A stretch of 64,000 bases of DNA, from positions 6,910 to 70,909 of the forward strand of contig JBDRCO010000044.1 in NCBI GenBank assembly GCA_043821645.1, read 5' to 3'. The notes beneath the pieces are model-generated. The model worked only from the letters and a program-made list of their open reading frames with translations. It ran no database searches and was not told the origin of the DNA. The first letter of the stretch is position 1; each line of letters begins with the position of its first letter. The stretch is from Pseudomonadota bacterium. Its GTDB lineage: Bacteria; Myxococcota; JACRCW01; JAFGSX01. The position numbers and the translations under genes were made by a program. Positions 27,352-35,489 of this stretch are shown here, one piece after another.

Positions 27352-29625
27352 ATGCGCAGCGCGGAGACCGCGACCCCCCCCATGCAGTTCGCGATCCCGC
27401 GGCTCCTCGCCGTCGGGGTGGCGGCTGTAGCGACGGCGCTGCTGATCGTCCTTGCGGTGTCCCTGGGGCCGGGTCGCCTCGAACCTGTCGCGGTGGCCGG
27501 TGCAGATCGACCGCCCGCTCCGGCGTCGGCCGAGGCCACCTGGCGCGAGCTGTCTGTGCTGTATCGCGGCGGTCTGCAGGGCGACTGGGAGGACTGGGGC
27601 TGGGCCCCGCGCGAGCTCAACAAAGGGCAGCCCGCCCGCGTCAACTTCTCCGGCTGGGGAGGGTGGATTCTCGGTACCCGTCGGGCCGCACCACGCTTCG
27701 CGGCACTGCAGTTCAAGATCCAGGCGCCCGACACCGAGTTCCTCGAGGTTCGCCTGCGCAACAAGAGCGGCGTCGAGCTGCCGGCCGTTCCGCTGACCGC
27801 CGCACATCGCCGCAGCAGCGCAGGTGGCTGGGAGTTCTTTCGGGTCCTTGCCAGCGAGCTCGATCCCCAGGACGTCGGCTACGACCAGGTGGTGTTGCGC
27901 GCCCACCGTCGCGTCGGCGCGGACTGGGTGCTGCTCGACGAGATCGTTCTACTCGGACCACCGGTCGTGGTCTCGCCCGCGGTCGGGGTGGTGCAGGGCG
28001 ACGGCGGCCCGCGGACCGAGCCGCGGCTGACACCTGTGCGTCGCGTCCCGGGGCGCGTCGATTGCAGCGCCGAGGGTCACCTGATCCCGCCCGCCATCTA
28101 CGGCATCGCCTTTCATCCGCGCAAGGCCTTGTCGGATGACTCGGTGTGGGAGCTGCGGGCCGGCGCACGACGCTGGGGCGGCAACCCGGCCTCGCGCTAC
28201 AACTGGCGCCTGGGCAACGCCTGGAACTCGGCGTCGGACTGGTACTTCAGAAACCTCAACTACACCTCGGACCCGGGCTTCAGCTGGAAGGTCTTCCTGG
28301 ACCAGAACCGGGAACACGGCATGGTCACTGCGCTGACGATGCCAACCCTGGGCTGGGTGGCCAAGGACACCAGCTCCTACAGCTTCCCGGTCTCGGTCTT
28401 CGGCGCCCAGGCCAGCACCGACCCCGAGCTGCCCGACGTGGGCAATGGCCGAGCCAAGGACAACAGCCTCCTCAAGCCCGGCAAGGCCACGCGCACCAGC
28501 GTCCCCTTTCAACCCGAGGACGCGGCCGAGTGGGCGCGCGCCATCCAGGCGCATGCCGGACCCACCGGCGCCCGTGCTGTCCACTTCTACCTTCTCGACA
28601 ATGAGCCCATGCTCTGGCACAGCACACACCGCGACGTGCGCCAGGAGCCCCTTGGCTACGACGAGCTTCTCAGCAAGACACTTGGCTACGCCCAGGCCCT
28701 GCGCAGCATCGATCCCGACGCGTACATCGCGGGTCCCGGCGTCTGGGGCTGGCCCGCCTACTTCTTCTCGGCCAGGGATGCCGAGGCCGGCTTCCGGCTC
28801 AAGCCGGACCGTCGGGCACACGGGGACGTGCCCTTGCTCGAGTGGTACCTGGCCCAGCTCGCCGCGCAGGAGCAGAAAACCGGCCAGCGCGTGATCGATG
28901 CCCTCGACGTCCACTTCTATCCACAGGGTGACGGCGTGTACTCCGGAGGCAAGGGCGAGACGGACTCCGCGACCGCTGCGTTGCGCATCCGCTCGACGCG
29001 CGCGTTGTGGGACCCGACCTACAAGGACGAATCGTGGATCGCCGAGCGCATCGAGTTGCTGCCCCGCTTGCGGCGCATGATCCGCGATAACTACCCCGGG
29101 CTCGGCATCGTCATCGGCGAATACGCCTTTGGCGGCGAGGGGCACATCAGCGGTGCGCTGGCGCTGGCCGAGGCCCTGGGGCGCTTCGGCGCCTTCGAGG
29201 GCCTGAGTGCGGCCTTCTACTGGACCTATCCGGCACCGAGCAGCCCGGCGGGCCAGGCTTTCAAGGCCTTTCGTAATTACGATGGTCGTGGCGCGGCGTT
29301 TCCCCGCCGCTCGCTCCCTGCCAGTGCCCGCGACGCGCTTTCTCTGTTCACCGCCCGCGACGATTCGGGCCATGTGGTCGCCGTGGTGCTCAACCTCTCC
29401 CTTTCCGAGACCCTGGCTCTCGACGTGACCGCGGCGGGCTGTGATCGCCTGGTGGTGGACCGACAGTTCCGTTACCGCGCCGGCCTGCCAGGACTGATAG
29501 AGGTCCGGGACGAGCAGCTGGCGATCGACTCGGAGAGCTGGACGATGGTGCTGCCTGCGGCATCGATCAGCGTGATCGAGCTTCACGTGGCCGAGCCTCC
29601 TCCGCCGCCACCTCCTGTCCCCTGA
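27352..29625 (+). CDS. Glycoside hydrolase family 44-like endoglycanase with N-terminal anchor and accessory domain (EpsB-like)
   Basis: RRWGGNPASRYNW, LDNEPMLWHSTHRDV (acid/base Glu), LDVHFYP, VIGEYAFG (nucleophile). Confidence 0.8.
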   Translation: MRSAETATPPMQFAIPRLLAVGVAAVATALLIVLAVSLGPGRLEPVAVAGADRPPAPASAEATWRELSVLYRGGLQGDWEDWGWAPRELNKGQPARVNFSGWGGWILGTRRAAPRFAALQFKIQAPDTEFLEVRLRNKSGVELPAVPLTAAHRRSSAGGWEFFRVLASELDPQDVGYDQVVLRAHRRVGADWVLLDEIVLLGPPVVVSPAVGVVQGDGGPRTEPRLTPVRRVPGRVDCSAEGHLIPPAIYGIAFHPRKALSDDSVWELRAGARRWGGNPASRYNWRLGNAWNSASDWYFRNLNYTSDPGFSWKVFLDQNREHGMVTALTMPTLGWVAKDTSSYSFPVSVFGAQASTDPELPDVGNGRAKDNSLLKPGKATRTSVPFQPEDAAEWARAIQAHAGPTGARAVHFYLLDNEPMLWHSTHRDVRQEPLGYDELLSKTLGYAQALRSIDPDAYIAGPGVWGWPAYFFSARDAEAGFRLKPDRRAHGDVPLLEWYLAQLAAQEQKTGQRVIDALDVHFYPQGDGVYSGGKGETDSATAALRIRSTRALWDPTYKDESWIAERIELLPRLRRMIRDNYPGLGIVIGEYAFGGEGHISGALALAEALGRFGAFEGLSAAFYWTYPAPSSPAGQAFKAFRNYDGRGAAFPRRSLPASARDALSLFTARDDSGHVVAVVLNLSLSETLALDVTAAGCDRLVVDRQFRYRAGLPGLIEVRDEQLAIDSESWTMVLPAASISVIELHVAEPPPPPPPVP

Positions 29626-29743
29626 GCGCCCATGCCAGCAGCCTGCAGCCGCCGGTTTTGTCGACGGTGGCCAAAGCGTATTCCGGGCGTTATGACGAAC
29701 AGGCTCAGCCCCGGCCAGGCGGGGAGGTGGGCCGGGAGGGACC

Positions 29744-31051
29744 GTGCCGAGTGACAGGACCTGCGGAAGGCCGGTGCGCACGGCTGGGCTGCTCCTGGCC
29801 TGCTGCGGCGCGCTCATCGCGTGCGGTGACAGGGCGCGAATCTGCGTCAACGCGACCTGCGCGTCTCCTTTCCGGGATGCTGCGACCGGGCCTGAAGATG
29901 CTGGACCGGCCGATGTTCTCGCCCGGGACAGCAACGCCAGCGTGGATTCCTCCGCCGTCGATCGCCCACCACCGCGGGACAGTGCGACGGCGCGAGACAG
30001 CGCCGCTCGCCCGGACCGCCAGGCGAGCCCGGACAGCCAGGCGAGCACCGATCGCGCGAGCGTTGCGGATGCCGCGATCGCGGATGCAGGTCCGCCGCCG
30101 ACCGCGGGCTGGTTGCATACCGCGGGCAGGCAGTTCCTGCACGCCGACGGTGGCACCTGGGTCGGGCGCGGCGCCAACATCCACGACACGCGCTCGTGCA
30201 ATGCCTGCGCCTGGTCCGCACCCGACGTCGACGAGGTGAAGCGGCGCATCGACGTGCTGGTGGACGACTGGAAGGCCACCTTCATGCGCCTGGATCTCGA
30301 GAGCTACGCCACTGCCAGCGGTCGGACGCACTGGCAGAGCGTGCTCGACGACCCTGGCTACCTGCAGGACATCGAGGCCATCGTCGCGCACATCGGGAGC
30401 AAACCCGGCGTGTACGTCCTGCTCTCGCTGTGGGTCAGCGAGTTCTTTGACCCCCTGGGCTGGCCCAGCGCTCATTCCCGGCAGGAGTGGCAGGTGCTCG
30501 CCGACGCCTTCGTCGGGGTTCCGCACGTCATGTTTGGTCTGGTCAACGAGCCCGAGTCCAACTTCAGCGGCACCCAGGACGCCGAGGTGTGGGATGCCAT
30601 GAATCAGACCGTGGCGGTCATTCGCGCCGTCGAGGACGCCGCGTCGAGCCCGCACCACATCGTCGCGGTGCAGGGCACCGGTGCCTGGGCGCGCAACCTG
30701 GGCTACTACGTCACCCATCCCATCACCGCGGGTGGCGGTGACAACATCGCCTACGAGATCCACGTCTACAATCCCGAGGCGGACTTCGACAACATGCTGG
30801 TGACGCCGGCACAGACCCTGCCCGTGATCGTCGGCGAGTACGGTCCGGTGGCGGGCACCATGACCGAGGCCGACTGCCAGGCCCTGATGGCGCTGGTCGA
30901 CCTGCAGGGGATCCCTAACCTGGCGTGGACCTTTCACATGCGCTGCCCACCCAACCTGATCGTCGACAACTCGGGTGGCGGCTGTGGTGTGGACATGAAC
31001 CTGCAGCCCACGGCCTGGGGCTCCCTGCTGATGCAGCACCTGGCTCCCTGA
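29744..31051 (+). CDS. Glycoside hydrolase family 5 (cellulase-like) lipoprotein
   Basis: ALIAC lipobox, D/A/S linker, FGLVNEP, YEIHVY, VIVGEYG. Confidence 0.8.
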   Translation: MPSDRTCGRPVRTAGLLLACCGALIACGDRARICVNATCASPFRDAATGPEDAGPADVLARDSNASVDSSAVDRPPPRDSATARDSAARPDRQASPDSQASTDRASVADAAIADAGPPPTAGWLHTAGRQFLHADGGTWVGRGANIHDTRSCNACAWSAPDVDEVKRRIDVLVDDWKATFMRLDLESYATASGRTHWQSVLDDPGYLQDIEAIVAHIGSKPGVYVLLSLWVSEFFDPLGWPSAHSRQEWQVLADAFVGVPHVMFGLVNEPESNFSGTQDAEVWDAMNQTVAVIRAVEDAASSPHHIVAVQGTGAWARNLGYYVTHPITAGGGDNIAYEIHVYNPEADFDNMLVTPAQTLPVIVGEYGPVAGTMTEADCQALMALVDLQGIPNLAWTFHMRCPPNLIVDNSGGGCGVDMNLQPTAWGSLLMQHLAP

Positions 31052-31099
31052 GCCGGCCCCGCAGAGGGACCACAAGACATCCATCGGGCCCGTACGCCA

Positions 31100-32452
31100 T
31101 CAGCGGGTGCAGGTGCAGATGAGGTCGGGCTGCGTTGAGTTGCACGGGTAAGTCGTGGGCAGGGCCGGGCAGCTATCGGTCGTATCGTTGGCCGCGCCCA
31201 GGCAGGCACCACCTGCGGCCTGACAGATCGTGTCGCAGCTGGCCGGGACAGCCACCCTGTTGTCGGCGTAGAACTCGCAGGCCAGCTCGGACTCGCTGCA
31301 CAGGACAAAGCCGGTGACCGCGCCGTAGCGCGCGCTGCAGCTCGGGCCCGCAGCGTCGGGGAAGCCGCCGTCAAAGACCTCGGTCGTGCAGCGGCAGAGG
31401 CCATCGGCGAGCGCATCCGCACAGGTCTTCGGATCGGGCTTGGCCTCGCAGGTGATGTTGCCGACGGGATCCTGGTTGTCCCTGGTCCCGAGGCAGCTCC
31501 CACCATTTTGCGTGCACAGGGTCTGGCAGCTCAGCCCCGCCGTGGCAACGTAGAACTCACACCAGCCGGTGCCTCCGGTGCAGTACAGGAAGTTCGTGGT
31601 GGTGCCGTAGCGCGCTGCACAGGCGAGCTGGTACGCGATGGGTGGACCGGCGTCGCCTGCAGCCGCATCCGCCCCGCTCGCCTGGTCGGGGGCCGAGGTC
31701 GTGTCTGCCAGCGCGGCCTGGTCGGGTTTGCTGGCACTGTCGGACGCGCTCCCGGTGTCCAGGCCGACATCGAGAGGCCTGTGGTCCGCGGTGGTGACGT
31801 CGGCAAGCACAGCGTCCGGCAACCAGGCATCCGCGATCGGGGCGCTGTCCACGCGCACCAGTTCTGCCACCGTGGCGTCGCGCAGGACAGCATCGGACCT
31901 CGCAGCGTCTCTGGAGGCGGCGTCTGTTCCGGACGCGCTGTCGACGATGACCGCATCGATCCTGATGCTGTCGACGATGGCGAGGTCAGGAGGTGCCTGG
32001 TCCCGGGCAGACAGGTCCGCCGCGGTGAGGTCCGGGGCCGTTCGATCCGGGTTGAAGGCGTCCACGCGACTGCCATCCCGGGACGCGCTGTCGTACCCGG
32101 CCGCATCCAGGAGCCCGCGATCACTGCTCGCTGTGGCGTCGGGGCGCGGCGCCGCGGGCATGCAGGCGCCCTCGCTGCAGGTCTGGCCGGGATCACAGTC
32201 GCTGTTGTGGTTGCAGACCCGGCGGCACAGGGTGTCGCGGCAGAGCTGGTCGGTCGGGCACTCGGTCGTGCTCGCGCAGGGCAGGGCGGCGGAGGGATCA
32301 CACTGGCAGGCGTGACCCAGCAGGCTCAGCATCAGCAGCAGCGCGCCGCGGCGCCTGCGAACCCGTGAGGGGCGGGACGCGTATGCGACGGGCGCGGCCA
32401 GGGCTGTCACTGCCCCGCCCGAAAACCGAACTGGTGCCGACGCTGGTCTCAT
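31100..32452 (-). CDS. Secreted Cys-rich protein with D/A linker and two 8-Cys C-terminal repeats
   Basis: N-terminal CASTTECPTDQLC module and duplicated C(A/S)ARYG...CEFY...SC..lC...GG.ClG...C..C unit. Start uncertain. Confidence 0.6.
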   Translation of the reverse strand: MRPASAPVRFSGGAVTALAAPVAYASRPSRVRRRRGALLLMLSLLGHACQCDPSAALPCASTTECPTDQLCRDTLCRRVCNHNSDCDPGQTCSEGACMPAAPRPDATASSDRGLLDAAGYDSASRDGSRVDAFNPDRTAPDLTAADLSARDQAPPDLAIVDSIRIDAVIVDSASGTDAASRDAARSDAVLRDATVAELVRVDSAPIADAWLPDAVLADVTTADHRPLDVGLDTGSASDSASKPDQAALADTTSAPDQASGADAAAGDAGPPIAYQLACAARYGTTTNFLYCTGGTGWCEFYVATAGLSCQTLCTQNGGSCLGTRDNQDPVGNITCEAKPDPKTCADALADGLCRCTTEVFDGGFPDAAGPSCSARYGAVTGFVLCSESELACEFYADNRVAVPASCDTICQAAGGACLGAANDTTDSCPALPTTYPCNSTQPDLICTCTR

Positions 32453-32510
32453 CTATCGGATCAGGATACCGCGTTTCGGCCTTGCTGCGCCTGGTCTGTG
32501 TTGCCCGCGC

Positions 32511-33725
32511 TCAGGCCTGGGCGGGAACGGGCTCCACACCCGCACGCGTCACCTGGAGGATCTCGGTGCCCTCGACCGCAGCCTGGATGAGTGCCTCGAG
32601 TTCGAGTTTCTGCTCCTGGCCCTCGACGAACTTCAGGCGCGCCCGGGTCTCGGGATGTGGCGGGACGAACAGCGAGCAGCAGTCGGCAAAGGGCCGGATC
32701 GAGATGTCAAAGCTTCCGATGCGACGGGCGATCTGCATGGTGTCGAGCTTGTCGGTGCCGATGAGCGGCCTGAGCACGGGCAGGCTGGCCGCATCCTCGA
32801 TCACCACCAGGTTCTCGAGGGTCTGGCTCGCCACCTGGCCCAGGCTCTCGCCGGTGACCAGCACCGGGATCTCGCGCTGCGTGGCGACGGCGCTGGCGAT
32901 GCGCATCATCAGGCGCCGGTACAGCACCACCGTGAGCCTGGGGTTGCAGCGCTGGTGGATGGCCTTCTGTACCTCGGTGAAGGGCACCACCAGCAGCGAG
33001 AAGTCTCCCTGCATGCGCCACAGGCGCTGGCACAGGTCGAACACCTTCTCTTTGGATTGATCGGAGATGAAGGGGAAGCTGCGAAAGTACAGCGCATCAA
33101 GGGAGAGCCCGCGGTTGATCATCAGGTGACCGGCCACCGGCGAGTCGATGCCACCCGACAGCAGCAGCAGGCCCCGGCCCGCCGTTCCCGCCGGGAGTCC
33201 GGCGACACCGGCGATGCGCTGATCGAACACGAAGGCGTGGCGCTCGCTGAGTTCGACCTCGATGATCAATTTTGGGTCGTGCAGCTCGGCGTCGATGCCG
33301 GTCTGATCGACCACGTAGGTGCCGATGACCTTGCCCAGTTCCGACGAGTTCATGGCCACGCGCTTGTCCACCCGCTTGACCGTGACCCGCCAGGGCTGGC
33401 CGGTGTGGCGGGCGCGCAGCAAGCCGAGGGTGGTCTGCTGCATGGCCTCGATGCTGGGATCGCAGCGCCGCGCGGGACTCAGGGTGATGTAACCGGGAAC
33501 CAGCGCCAGGCGGCGGCACACCTGGTCGCATAGCTCGTCGTCGGGGCCTTCCCGGAACAGCACCAGCACGCGGTTGCGCAGCATGCGTACCTCGGTGGGG
33601 AGGTCCTGCAAGGCGGTGCGCACGCTGTGCACCAGCGCGCGCTCGAAGTGGCGGCGGTTGCCGCGCTTGAGAAAGAGCTCGCCGCAGCGGAGCAGCACGG
33701 CGTCGTACCCGGGGCTCTGGATCAT
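32511..33725 (-). CDS. thiI: tRNA 4-thiouridine synthase ThiI (no rhodanese domain)
   Basis: GELFLKRGNRRHFE, THUMP region, GLPAGTAGRGLLLLSGGIDSPVA, TGESLGQVASQTLEN, RPLIGTDK, DCCSLF. Confidence 0.93.
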   Translation of the reverse strand: MIQSPGYDAVLLRCGELFLKRGNRRHFERALVHSVRTALQDLPTEVRMLRNRVLVLFREGPDDELCDQVCRRLALVPGYITLSPARRCDPSIEAMQQTTLGLLRARHTGQPWRVTVKRVDKRVAMNSSELGKVIGTYVVDQTGIDAELHDPKLIIEVELSERHAFVFDQRIAGVAGLPAGTAGRGLLLLSGGIDSPVAGHLMINRGLSLDALYFRSFPFISDQSKEKVFDLCQRLWRMQGDFSLLVVPFTEVQKAIHQRCNPRLTVVLYRRLMMRIASAVATQREIPVLVTGESLGQVASQTLENLVVIEDAASLPVLRPLIGTDKLDTMQIARRIGSFDISIRPFADCCSLFVPPHPETRARLKFVEGQEQKLELEALIQAAVEGTEILQVTRAGVEPVPAQA

Positions 33726-34888
33726 GGGGCGAGGATCCTCAGCTCGGCCACCGCCTGGGCAAAGGCCCTGGCAGCGCGACCGATCTCGTCGTCGGTGGTG
33801 AAGCGGGACAGCGACAGCCGCAGGTGGCCCTGATCCGCGCGGCCCTGGCCGATGGCGCGCAGGGTCTTCGAGGGGCGACTGTCCCGGGCGTGGCAGGCCG
33901 AGCCCACGCTGCCCAGGACGCCGCGCGCCTCGAGCGCGTGCAGCAGGTGCTCGCTCTGCACCCCGTCGACGCTGAGGTGCACGTTGTTGCACAGGCGCTG
34001 TGTGGGGTGGCCATTGAGACGGACCCCGGGTGTGTCGCCGAGCAGGCGCAGGATCAGGCGATCGCGAAGCGCGCGCATCTGCGGCACGCTGTCGCGTCGC
34101 GCGGCCAGGGCCAGCCGTGCGGCCTCGGTCAGGCCGGCAATGGCAGCGAGGTTCTCGGTGCCAGAGCGCAGCCCGCGCTGCTGTCCACCGCCGCCCCACA
34201 GCGGGATGAGCGGGACGCCGGCGCGCAGCACCAGGCAGCCGACGCCCTGCGGGCCGTGAATCTTGTGGCCGGACAGCGCGATGGAGTCCACGCCCAGGCT
34301 GTCGAGGTCGACGCGCTCCTTGCCAAAGCTCTGCACGGCGTCGACGTGGAGGTGGGTCCGGGGGTTGCGTGCGCGCACCGCGCGGGCGATCTCGGCCACC
34401 GGCTGCACGCTTCCGATCTCGTTGGAGGCATGCAGCACCGCCACCGCGCACACCTCCTCGTCGACATGTGCGCCCACCCAGGCCGGGTCGACCAGGCCAC
34501 AGGCGTCGACGGGGATCTCGATCACGCGGTAGCCCTCGCGCTCGAGCAACTGCGCGGACTCCAGCACGGCCGGGTGCTCGATGGCGGAGACCAGGACGGT
34601 GTGGCCATGCCTCGCCCGGGCGCCTCCGAGCACACCCAGGGCATTGGCCTCGGTGCCACCCGAGGTGAAGATCACGTCGTCAGCGCGGGCGTGGAGGGCG
34701 TCCGCCAGCAGCTCCCGGCTGCGCTGCAGGACACGCCAGGCCTCGACGCCGCGCCGGTGCAAGGACGAGGGATTGCCGTGCCGATCGCCCCAGAAGGGCT
34801 GCATGGCGGCAAGCACCTCGGGCAGGGGCCGGGTGGTGGCGGCATTGTCGAGGTAGATCTCGGATGGCGTGCTCACGCGCGAGACCAT
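33722..34888 (-). CDS. Cysteine desulfurase (IscS/NifS family)
   Basis: IYLDNAATT, GNPSSLH, FTSGGTEAN, HVDAVQ, SGHKIHGP, GSACHA. ATGA overlap with thiI. Confidence 0.93.
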   Translation of the reverse strand: MVSRVSTPSEIYLDNAATTRPLPEVLAAMQPFWGDRHGNPSSLHRRGVEAWRVLQRSRELLADALHARADDVIFTSGGTEANALGVLGGARARHGHTVLVSAIEHPAVLESAQLLEREGYRVIEIPVDACGLVDPAWVGAHVDEEVCAVAVLHASNEIGSVQPVAEIARAVRARNPRTHLHVDAVQSFGKERVDLDSLGVDSIALSGHKIHGPQGVGCLVLRAGVPLIPLWGGGGQQRGLRSGTENLAAIAGLTEAARLALAARRDSVPQMRALRDRLILRLLGDTPGVRLNGHPTQRLCNNVHLSVDGVQSEHLLHALEARGVLGSVGSACHARDSRPSKTLRAIGQGRADQGHLRLSLSRFTTDDEIGRAARAFAQAVAELRILAP

Positions 34889-35030
34889 AGCGATCGCGAT
34901 CGAACCTGGCCAGGGGCAGTGCAGGTTCACCCGGCTGGCGAACCCTTTCATCGGCCCCCGGCTCACACCCGCTGTCACAACAAAAACCGCACGGAGACTG
35001 CAGCGCAGCACCGTCACATTGGAGGACCCG

Positions 35031-35489
35031 ATGACCAGCACCACCTCGACCACCCCGGTCACCGACAAGAACTTCGAGCAGCTGATCCAGAAGGACGGCA
35101 TCGTGCTCATCGACTTCTGGGCACCCTGGTGCGGTCCCTGCCGCTCCTTTGGCCCGGTGTTCGAGAAGGTCGCGAGCGAGAACCCGGACCTGGTCTTTGC
35201 CAAGTGCAACACCGAGGACGAGCAGGGCCTGGCAGGAGCCCTGGGCATTCGATCCATCCCCACGCTGATGGTGTTCCGCGACAACGTGCTGCTGTTCAAC
35301 CAGCCCGGAATGTTGCCCGAGACCGCGCTGCGCGAGGTGGTGCAGAAGGTGCGCGACCTCGACATGGTCGAGGTGAAGCGCGAGATCGCCGAGCAGGAGA
35401 AGGCGCATGCCGACGGTCACGATCATGGCCACGATCACGCCCATGACGACGACGAGTTCCAGGCCACGGCGCCGGCCGCTCAGGCCTGA
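35031..35489 (+). CDS. trxA: Thioredoxin with His/Asp-rich C-terminal tail
   Basis: DFWAPWCGPC, GIRSIPTL, tail HADGHDHGHDHAHDDD. GGAGG RBS. Confidence 0.9.
   Translation: MTSTTSTTPVTDKNFEQLIQKDGIVLIDFWAPWCGPCRSFGPVFEKVASENPDLVFAKCNTEDEQGLAGALGIRSIPTLMVFRDNVLLFNQPGMLPETALREVVQKVRDLDMVEVKREIAEQEKAHADGHDHGHDHAHDDDEFQATAPAAQA

Noticed and set aside
33726-34451. 646-aa ThiI ORF with a long N-terminal extension
   Set aside because: The extension overlaps the desulfurase gene in another frame. ThiI homology begins at MIQSPGYDAVLLRCGEL (ATG 33725).
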